DNA from: a virus
Reading direction: 5' to 3' (one strand)
Length of the DNA stretch: 64,000 nucleotides
IMG/VR virus record: IMGVR_UViG_3300037502_001322
Span: 1-64,000 of that record
The position numbers and the translations under genes are program-made. The first letter of the stretch is position 1. Each line of letters opens with the position of its first letter. Below are positions 57,201 through 64,000 of the stretch, piece by piece. Under the pieces are notes generated by a model. It made no database searches, had not been told where the DNA came from, and saw only the letters and a list, made by a program, of their open reading frames with translations.

Positions 57201-57235
57201 GAATAAACATAGGAGAATGTTATGAATGTAAGATA

Positions 57236-57280
57236 TAAGAGATTTAGATAAAGATTTAGATAAAGATTTATATGAAGATA
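57236..57280. repeat. 12-bp tandem repeat (agatttagataa, about 3 copies)
   Basis: direct reading. Confidence 0.7.
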
Positions 57281-57463
57281 ATCATCAGCATTGCACTGAC
57301 TTGTTGAGAATGATGATTGTTATTATGAGAGAGGTTTATTATTATTATTTATTATCTTAAATAACTTAAACACATTTCAGTTAGTGTAGAGGTAGCGAAC
57401 CAACTAACCGGAGTAAGTGCGACTCCCACCGTAACATAACGGTCCACGGTGAATTCTTTTATA

Positions 57464-57539
57464 TGGTGCAGGCAAAAGGCCTCGAACCCTTGACATCCAC
57501 ATTACAAGTGTGGCGCTCTACCGACTGAGCTATACCTGC
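57464..57539 (-). tRNA. tRNA-Thr(UGU)
   Basis: cloverleaf, CCACA-CTTGTAA-TGTGG, TTCGA, encoded CCA. Confidence 0.93.
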
Positions 57540-57549
57540 TTATCTATTT

Positions 57550-57625
57550 TAGATATCGTTGAATCTATATCAACTAACGTTGGATTTTACAGCTAACGCT
57601 GAATCTGTACCAACTAACGTTGGAT
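57550..57625 (-). repeat. ~20-bp-period repeat of the last codons of gene 57614..57928
   Basis: ATYCARCGTTAGYTG x3 plus one degenerate copy. Confidence 0.7.
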
Positions 57626-57928
57626 AGCAACTTTAGAAATCAAAGGAATAGATTCATTAAGAGCAGGAGTTTCAGAATCTTCTTCCTCTTGCATCATCTC
57701 TTCCAGAATCTTATTTCCACGTTCAATGATAAACTTGAATGCTTGTTGTCGTGTGGCGTGTGTTGCATCTTTATCTGTCATCAAATCAACCATTCCTTGA
57801 ATGGCATTAAGATAATGAGCAACAATCATTTCATCACCTTGAAGAATAGCTTCCTGAGCTTGACGTTCAAGAGACTCTACTCGTGAAGGACGTCCACGGC
57901 CTTTCTTTTTCTTTGTGTAAATTCCCAT
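57614..57928 (-). CDS. hypothetical protein with N-terminal AT-hook; candidate terminase small subunit
   Basis: KKKGRGRPSR, helical body, late-type promoter at 57974. Confidence 0.55.
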   Translation of the reverse strand: MGIYTKKKKGRGRPSRVESLERQAQEAILQGDEMIVAHYLNAIQGMVDLMTDKDATHATRQQAFKFIIERGNKILEEMMQEEEDSETPALNESIPLISKVAIQR

Positions 57929-58017
57929 AAAGACTTAAACCTTTAATTTTAATTATAAACTCTAACTGAATAAAGTTTATCATAAATAAAGTTTAAAATC
58001 AATATTTTAGAATTAGG

Positions 58018-58159
58018 AAAGAATGTTGTTGGAAGTTTCTTTACAACTCCTCGCATACCGAGGGACCTATTACTTGAGACCTACATTGCCGCTTTTCTTC
58101 TTAGTAACGGTTGCATCTTCAAAACCACTTAGCAGTGCACAGACTTGACAACATTCTTT
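58018..58159 (-). ncRNA. candidate ~140-nt structured RNA in the tRNA cluster
   Basis: perfect 12-bp terminal helix plus three internal stems. Confidence 0.45.
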
Positions 58160-58206
58160 ATTAAATATTAAGATATTAAGTAGGTATAATATCTTTTTGA
58201 ATTATT

Positions 58207-58292
58207 TGGTGGCTCGTGAGAGATTCCAACTCTCAATCCCATAGGGCGTTTGGGCTTAAACCAAATGTGTATCGCAGTTCCACCAACGAGCC
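58207..58292 (-). tRNA. tRNA-Leu(UAA), atypical D/T loops
   Basis: GGCTCGT/ACGAGCC acceptor, TTTGG-TTTAAGC-CCAAA, long variable arm, CCA. Confidence 0.85.
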
Positions 58293-58308
58293 GATAATCT
58301 TTTACAGT

Positions 58309-58385
58309 TGGTCCACCACGCAGGACTCGAACCTTCAACTGTCCGCTTAGAAGGCGGATGCTCTATCCTATTGAACTAGTGGTGG
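58309..58385 (-). tRNA. tRNA-Arg(UCU)
   Basis: TCCGC-CTTCTAA-GCGGA, TTCGA, CCA. Confidence 0.92.
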
Positions 58386-58396
58386 TAATAAAACTT

Positions 58397-58424
58397 ATTA
58401 TACAGAAATCCTTTTCAATGTCAA
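58397..58424 (-). promoter_or_regulatory. tRNA cluster promoter
   Basis: TTGACA-N16-TATAAT just upstream of tRNA-Arg. Confidence 0.75.
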
Positions 58425-58433
58425 CATCCTATA

Positions 58434-58601
58434 TTATTTATTTTCTTCTTTGCTTGCCTCAATAGCACGACCTTGTTCAAGAGCTTTCTTTCTTGCACGT
58501 TCTATTGATTCTTTATTTCCTTGCTCGAAAATGTAACAAAATCCCTCAGGCCCCCATTTGAATCCGGGTTTGCCATCTTTCTGACAATTTTGAATTGGCA
58601 T
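58434..58601 (-). CDS. small hypothetical protein (55 aa, MPIQNCQKDGKPGFKWG...)
   Basis: GGAGG SD, overlap with upstream stop; below ORF-track cutoff. Confidence 0.7.
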   Translation of the reverse strand: MPIQNCQKDGKPGFKWGPEGFCYIFEQGNKESIERARKKALEQGRAIEASKEENK

Positions 58602-58798
58602 TATTTGTCCTCCTCTTTTTCGTAATAACCTGTTTCCATTCTAACCTTCTCCTGTAAAGATTTCAATACTTCAAACATTTCTTCTTTAGTCATTTCTTTA
58701 GTTAATGTAGAACCTAAATCTGTTTTAGATTGTCCTCGGCTAAGAAGAACTTCATCCATTCGTTGTTTGTAGTCTTCCCATTCTTCAAGCATTTGCAA
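58601..58798 (-). CDS. hypothetical protein
   Basis: overlapping operon ORF. Confidence 0.6.
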   Translation of the reverse strand: MQMLEEWEDYKQRMDEVLLSRGQSKTDLGSTLTKEMTKEEMFEVLKSLQEKVRMETGYYEKEEDK

Positions 58799-58982
58799 CG
58801 CCTACTGTATAAGTATCTCCATTAAATTCAATAGAACCTTTTACAAAAACTTTAACAGGAAGTTTACTTACATTCGTTTTAAAAGTTCTAACTTCTTTTG
58901 TTCCGCTTAAAATAACTTCCATAAGCTCGTGAGGCTTAGCTTTAATAATTTCTTTGAATCTTTTGCTTGTGTAAGGTTTCAT
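58785..58982 (-). CDS. hypothetical protein
   Basis: AAGGA SD. Confidence 0.6.
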   Translation of the reverse strand: MKPYTSKRFKEIIKAKPHELMEVILSGTKEVRTFKTNVSKLPVKVFVKGSIEFNGDTYTVGVANA

Positions 58983-58990
58983 AATATTCC

Positions 58991-59233
58991 TTATTTATTC
59001 TTGTTAACACCAAACTTAGTTTTCTTGCTGCGACCGAGAAGTTCAAGCAGACTTGCAACAATCAACACCCCGAACATAAATCCAATAACTACCAAGAGAG
59101 GTCCATACAGTGGTAGCGAAACAATCCACCAGCTCCAAGTGATATGACCTGTCAATTTCAGTGTCATAAAAATCAGAAACATTGCTAAAAAGAACCAAGA
59201 GCCTGCGCTATTTGTTTGTTTAACTTTAACCAT
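58991..59233 (-). CDS. small membrane protein
   Basis: LIFMTLKLTGHITWSWWIVSLPL motif. Confidence 0.8.
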   Translation of the reverse strand: MVKVKQTNSAGSWFFLAMFLIFMTLKLTGHITWSWWIVSLPLYGPLLVVIGFMFGVLIVASLLELLGRSKKTKFGVNKNK

Positions 59234-59298
59234 TATATTTATTCTCCTATAGGTTTAGATGTGACCTTATAATACGTATATAGCAATACTCTGTAAAA

Positions 59299-59748
59299 TT
59301 ACTTTTTATACCTAAACCTATTAGCGCAACTGATTGAACAGAAAGGGCCATTATTACTTCTAGAATATTTTTGGTCCTTACTTAGTACAAATTCTTTTCC
59401 ACAATAACAACAAGGTTTGATTACATCAGGACTTCTTTTTCTGACCCGCTTAGAACCCTTTGATATATAAAAAAGACACTGGTCTTTTTTAGAAACTACT
59501 TTTAAATTCTGAATATCGAAATTATCTAAATTTCCATCAAGATGCACCACACCTTCACTGTTTTTAAGTTTTCTTTGTAAGAAACTTTCTACTATAGCTT
59601 TAGAATAGGACACCTGTTTATTCTTCTTAGGGGAAGAATAAAGGTATACATAAACCCAACCATCAGACCTTTTATAGGGACCGCTTACAGATTTATATTC
59701 AGGCCACAGCTCTAAAAGGTCTTCAACTATAACCAGATTTTCCATCAC
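59299..59748 (-). CDS. HNH endonuclease with C-terminal zinc finger
   Basis: VVHLDGNLDNFDIQNL; CCYCGKEF...FCSISC. Confidence 0.78.
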   Translation of the reverse strand: MMENLVIVEDLLELWPEYKSVSGPYKRSDGWVYVYLYSSPKKNKQVSYSKAIVESFLQRKLKNSEGVVHLDGNLDNFDIQNLKVVSKKDQCLFYISKGSKRVRKRSPDVIKPCCYCGKEFVLSKDQKYSRSNNGPFCSISCANRFRYKK

Positions 59749-60107
59749 TATTCTCCTATATCTTTAAGGTTAGAATGTTCATCCCAAGAATTAGCACCAC
59801 TATCATCACAAAGATTCCCGTGAACATATTCAGGTTGGTAGGTTGTATCATAAGCAGCACTCAAACAACCTGAACATAAGTCTTCACCTAATTGTGCCAC
59901 AACAAATCGTTTACCGCAAGCCTGACAACTAAAATAAAACCCATTCTTTTCTTTGTTAGATTCGTGCTTGTACTTAATTGTTAGACCACGTTCTTTAGTT
60001 CGTTTGCTAATCTTAGGTTCAATCACAACTTCATCATCAATATAATCATTAATTGTTTCATTACCAATATCTACTATTTCTTTAACTTGTTTTTCATTAT
60101 CTTGCAT
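59748..60107 (-). CDS. zinc-finger hypothetical protein
   Basis: CQAC...CSGC. Confidence 0.65.
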   Translation of the reverse strand: MQDNEKQVKEIVDIGNETINDYIDDEVVIEPKISKRTKERGLTIKYKHESNKEKNGFYFSCQACGKRFVVAQLGEDLCSGCLSAAYDTTYQPEYVHGNLCDDSGANSWDEHSNLKDIGE

Positions 60108-60195
60108 CAGTCCCTTCTTTAAAATTAGTTGATTAATTTAACATATGTTTAATCTATCATAGAAGAATTCAAAATGCAAGATAAATATTCAATTA

Positions 60196-60660
60196 TCAGT
60201 TAAATTTGAAATCTTCGCATGTGTAACAAGCTGCTAAGTTATCACCCTTCTTGCATTTAGCTCTTGCTTCTCTCCATTTAGATTTCTGTTCGTACTCGTA
60301 GTCATGAACTTTCTTATAGTTCTCTTCGAAATTACCTAACATTGTTTCATCTAAATTATACCTGTTACCTTCATTTATTTTCTCAATAAGATCTTTAAAC
60401 TTTTTAGTGTTATATTTGTACCAAGTATTCTTACCCTTAACTCTCCACTTACCTTTCGGTGTGATTATAAACTTATCAAACAGTACAAACTGATTAGGCA
60501 CTGTGTACTCACAGACGTTTTCAGGTTTAACACCACACAGTAAGCTGAGAATCTTAATACTCTCAGTTCGAACGTAAGACACATCTTTATCGAAGTAATG
60601 TTCTTCTAAATAAATTTGATGTTTCACATATTTAGTTACCATTCTCTCTAATTCAGTCAT
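60196..60660 (-). CDS. hypothetical protein
   Basis: AGGAG SD; KGKWRVKGKNTWY. Confidence 0.7.
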   Translation of the reverse strand: MTELERMVTKYVKHQIYLEEHYFDKDVSYVRTESIKILSLLCGVKPENVCEYTVPNQFVLFDKFIITPKGKWRVKGKNTWYKYNTKKFKDLIEKINEGNRYNLDETMLGNFEENYKKVHDYEYEQKSKWREARAKCKKGDNLAACYTCEDFKFN

Positions 60661-60676
60661 ATCATTTAATCTCCTT

Positions 60677-62035
60677 TTAATGCTTCTTGTCTATTTTGCA
60701 ATTCTTATCTGTCTTTAGAACATCTTTATAAGCTTCTCGCATTGTTTCACGGAGCATATCTTCGAGGTGTGCTTTGACCACGAAACTATCATGCCAAGGA
60801 AGGCATATTTCATTTTCCCACAAAAATTTATCCATAATGATTTCAGCAATTTTGCTGTCTATCATCTGAAATTTAACACCAACATCCTCAAAGAAGTAAT
60901 CAGAGATCCTATAATTCAAATCCATAAGCTCTTGACAAATTCTTTTAGTTGATATAGGCCCATCTATCCCATAATACCAACAATTTTCAAGATCCTTCCT
61001 ATTCCCAGAAATCCATTTAGATTTTCTTTCTTTGCCTATTTCAAACCCTAATGCTCCTGCTGCTTGCTCAATACTTCCGCTATTGAAACAACACAACAAT
61101 GCAAACTTACATACATTCCTGAAAGGATCGTAATTAGGTTGGTTAAATTCTTTTCTGAAACTATTAACCTTATTTTCATCAATGGGTATCAATGATTTGT
61201 TAGTAAGACTGTAAGGTTTAAACCCGTCAGGCATTTTATACCCAATCAACTCATAAGCAATACTAGCATGTAAAGATGAATAGTCAAGTTCAACAGTAGG
61301 TTCATCATCAATCTTAATTAATGGTCTAACTAAAGAACTTATAGTTTGAAGCTTCCCTGTGGTATCATAGAACCTACCACCTTTGGTAATATCTTCAGTA
61401 AACACACGCTTGTATGAAAGAAGAGGAAGTGTATGTTCACCAAGAGAAATCTTAGTATGCATTAGTTGTTCATTCTGTTTATCTACCACTCTACGAATCT
61501 CCTCTATACCCTTAACACCTTTGGTGGATTTATTAACTTTAGTTTTTCTTTCCCTAATCTCTACACTTTCTATACCTTCAAGAAGGTTAACTTTACCTTG
61601 TTTAAGATTATCCCATAGTGCTATATACGATTCATTCATTACTGTTACACTGGGTTTAAACTTAATTGCTCTACCCTTAGCATTGTACTCTACAACACCA
61701 CCTTTTTCAATAGTAACATAGCCTATATCCTCAAGAATATCTAAGAGAGCTACCATTCTACTATAAGCTAATCCTTGTTTGTTGTGACTATATTTATTCT
61801 TCATTAAAGGGATAATCAAAGATTTAGCATTACCTTTTAATGCTCTTGCTGTGTTAGTTACTAAAGACCTTACTTCTTTCTCATACTTCTTACTTGAAAC
61901 AGAAATAAGGTGCATAACTACACTCTCATACCATCTACTCTTATTGTAGAATAAATTAAAGTGAGTAGAATAAAAGAACATATAACTATAATTATCTTCA
62001 AACTCTATCTTATCTTTGTTTATATTCACATTCAA
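60677..62035 (-). CDS. family A / T7-RNAP-fold polymerase-like protein
   Basis: GGRFY, VELDYSSLH (motif A), RNVCK (motif B), Q.IDS, LPWHDSF (motif C). Confidence 0.7.
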   Translation of the reverse strand: MNVNINKDKIEFEDNYSYMFFYSTHFNLFYNKSRWYESVVMHLISVSSKKYEKEVRSLVTNTARALKGNAKSLIIPLMKNKYSHNKQGLAYSRMVALLDILEDIGYVTIEKGGVVEYNAKGRAIKFKPSVTVMNESYIALWDNLKQGKVNLLEGIESVEIRERKTKVNKSTKGVKGIEEIRRVVDKQNEQLMHTKISLGEHTLPLLSYKRVFTEDITKGGRFYDTTGKLQTISSLVRPLIKIDDEPTVELDYSSLHASIAYELIGYKMPDGFKPYSLTNKSLIPIDENKVNSFRKEFNQPNYDPFRNVCKFALLCCFNSGSIEQAAGALGFEIGKERKSKWISGNRKDLENCWYYGIDGPISTKRICQELMDLNYRISDYFFEDVGVKFQMIDSKIAEIIMDKFLWENEICLPWHDSFVVKAHLEDMLRETMREAYKDVLKTDKNCKIDKKH

Positions 62036-62208
62036 TATAACTCCTATAATCTATCTAATAATATAATCTAATATACCAAAAATATAACACACTACCATAG
62101 TAATTAGTACACCTACATCGCGTAAACGTATGATACATAAAGGAAAAACACGATTTGATAGGGGGTTATTCTCCTAAAAACAACTCCCATTAAAGGCTCA
62201 TCTAACGT

Positions 62209-62442
62209 TCAAGCCGTATCTTCTTTATACTCAAGAATTACGTCTTCTACAGTCAGGTTTAGCTTACCAAGATACTCCTCCAACTTATCTACACTGACTC
62301 CTTTACCTTCGGTTTGAAACAGAGCGTAAATCTGTTGCCTATAGGTGACTCCGATCAGTTCACCGAACTTAGCTTGTGACATACCGAGACGATCCATTTC
62401 ATCCTTCAGTTTACTTACGATAATTTTCTTAATATTGCTCAA
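62209..62442 (-). CDS. XRE-family helix-turn-helix protein
   Basis: GMSQAKFGELIGV..QQIY; GGAGG + TTG. Confidence 0.8.
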   Translation of the reverse strand: MSNIKKIIVSKLKDEMDRLGMSQAKFGELIGVTYRQQIYALFQTEGKGVSVDKLEEYLGKLNLTVEDVILEYKEDTA

Positions 62443-62576
62443 ACTTCCTCCAAAACATTAGGTACACACAGTTTATAACAAAACAGGTACAATGTAAAGT
62501 ATTTTATATGTCAACCTTTAGATTGACTTGATTTAGTCTACAACTAACAACAAGCACAGTCAAGCCAAATTTCTTG

Positions 62577-62604
62577 TTGACACTAAAACAGGTTGCGCTA
62601 TCTT
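62577..62604 (+). promoter_or_regulatory. sigma70-like promoter upstream of leader element copy 2
   Basis: TTGACA-N16-TATCTT. Confidence 0.6.
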
Positions 62605-62640
62605 AAGATAAGTTTCTATAACGATAATATGAAGCGATAT

Positions 62641-62713
62641 GACGCATTCTGAGAGATTCTAACAGCAACCCTATAGGTAGGCTTAGGGTAGGGCATAGAA
62701 ATCGTTTATGGTG
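62641..62713 (+). repeat. ~75-bp hairpin leader element, copy 2
   Basis: matches the reverse complement of 8601..8682. Confidence 0.8.
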
Positions 62714-62757
62714 CTGTATAACACGCTTAGTCTTAGCTTAAGGAGAAGGTCTAAGGT

Positions 62758-63111
62758 ATGTTCTATGAAGAGTTTTATGAACCAAACAGAGTGTGGTTGG
62801 ATAGTGCAACTTCAGAGAAGGTTTCTAAAGGTGCTTACTTTACTGAGTGGAAGTTCTTGACTGAAGGTAGTGATGCAATTTTCCATGTTTCTCACAGTCC
62901 TGCTACGGTAGTCATAGATTTTGAGAACAACGGTAAATATGGTAGGTTTGTGGCTTGTAATTTCAGAGAAGACCCTACTAACAGAAAACTACTTGCATTG
63001 CAATACTTTGAAGACTGGACTAAACCAACTGAACAAGAGAAAGATTACTTTGAGATGATTTATGGTGTTAGAATTCCTTGGAGTGTTGACACACCTTTTG
63101 TTATGATGTAG
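62758..63111 (+). CDS. hypothetical protein with shared C-terminal module
   Basis: QYFEDWTKPTEQEKDYFEMIYGVRIPWS. Confidence 0.8.
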   Translation: MFYEEFYEPNRVWLDSATSEKVSKGAYFTEWKFLTEGSDAIFHVSHSPATVVIDFENNGKYGRFVACNFREDPTNRKLLALQYFEDWTKPTEQEKDYFEMIYGVRIPWSVDTPFVMM

Positions 63112-63160
63112 AGTATTGTAGATGTTGTGGCACGTTACCGTGTAGTATAGTAATTTACAG

Positions 63161-63250
63161 TGCGTTTTAAGAGCTTCTAACGAGTTACAAAGTATACCCT
63201 GTGGGGTTGGGTAGGGTAACAATTAGAAATCGTTTTTAGGTTCATTTTAG
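63161..63250 (+). repeat. hairpin leader element, copy 3 (more diverged)
   Basis: taccct...agggta stem and tagaaatcgtttttagg shared with copy 1. Confidence 0.7.
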
Positions 63251-63322
63251 CCTGAACAAATGCACGCCAATCTGACGTTTAGGTCAGACTCTGGATAATA
63301 TCCTCATAATTAGGAGACAACT

Positions 63323-63517
63323 ATGGATTTTTATGATAGAAAGAAAATACGAACAGAATATTATTTTAAATTTGTTTACAAGTGGAAACTAAAAGAATGT
63401 GTTGCATGTAATGGTTCTGGATGGTACGATAGTTGTGATAAATACGGTGATAGCATTCCCTGCGGAGCTTGTGAAGGGACAGGCAAAGAGAGATATAAAC
63501 CGAGTGAGGAGAAATAA
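63323..63517 (+). CDS. DnaJ-type zinc-finger small protein
   Basis: CVACNGSG...CGACEGTG. Confidence 0.75.
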   Translation: MDFYDRKKIRTEYYFKFVYKWKLKECVACNGSGWYDSCDKYGDSIPCGACEGTGKERYKPSEEK

Positions 63518-64000
63518 TGACAACAGTAATTATTGATACTAAACGTAAGACTATTTACACTGACTCTCAAGCAACAAACCAAAATGGAAGAAAAGAGCAG
63601 GTCAACAAGGTTGTTAATTTTCACAATATTGCTGTAACCGGTGCAGGTGACTTGAAAGATTTGCATAATGTAGCAGAAACAATCCGTAGAAGTTCATTTA
63701 GGGTTAGTGATTTTACAGAGCTGTATGAACCTTTTAAATTTAAACCTTTCTTTAACAGTATGAGTAGTATATTCGTAGTGCAAAGGTTAAGTGAAGATTG
63801 TTTTAAGTATTATATCGTACAGCAGGAAGTGAAGAAAACTTGGTACGGTAAACGTAAACCAGTTGTTACCTTGAAGAAAATAGGTCAAACTTGGTCTTGT
63901 GCTTACAATGGTTACTATATAACCGGCTCTGGTGCGAGTTATGCGATTCCTTTGTTGGTTGCAACAGGTTCACCCAAAACAACAATTCGCGTGATTTCTA
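63517..64000 (+). CDS. Ntn-hydrolase / HslV-like peptidase, truncated by the window edge
   Basis: MTTVI...TDSQAT...IAVTGAGD...ITGSGASYA. Confidence 0.75.
   Translation, partial: MTTVIIDTKRKTIYTDSQATNQNGRKEQVNKVVNFHNIAVTGAGDLKDLHNVAETIRRSSFRVSDFTELYEPFKFKPFFNSMSSIFVVQRLSEDCFKYYIVQQEVKKTWYGKRKPVVTLKKIGQTWSCAYNGYYITGSGASYAIPLLVATGSPKTTIRVIS

Noticed and set aside
57236-57625. Possible CRISPR mini-array
   Set aside because: Repeat units are 12-20 bp with no spacer-length unique sequence; no cas genes
62209-62442. HTH protein as a lysogeny repressor
   Set aside because: No integrase, peptidase domain or cI/cro switch is visible; treated as a generic regulator

Overview
A 64-kb segment of an AT-rich, apparently lytic myophage (contractile tail; Felix-O1/Ounavirinae-like gene order; no integrase seen). 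1-8.5 kb (-): accessory genes, including a nucleotidyltransferase-like protein, a VWA/metallopeptidase + MoxR AAA pair and a SleB hydrolase. 8.6-9.4 kb: ORF-free, heavily base-paired divergence point. 9.4-23.4 kb (+): replication genes (Pif1/RecD helicase, primase-helicase, HNH-AP2, family A polymerase, SSB). 23.5-56 kb (-): morphogenesis operon (fibres, baseplate, lysis cassette, tape measure, tube, sheath, neck, capsid, scaffold, protease, portal, terminase). 56-62.4 kb (-): three tRNAs, HNH, a second polymerase-fold protein, HTH. Then (+) small genes. Main results: (1) five group I introns split three essential late genes (terL x2, major capsid x1, tape measure x2 around a 32-nt micro-exon), with splice junctions reconstructable to the base; (2) at least eight unrelated small proteins share one C-terminal module (YFxDWxxPTxEExxYFxM), one of them fused to a tail-tube-like fragment; (3) a three-copy ~75-bp hairpin leader element and several orphan structured non-coding elements; (4) a -1 frameshift in the tail chaperone. 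All calls come from reading the sequence by eye; no database searches were run.
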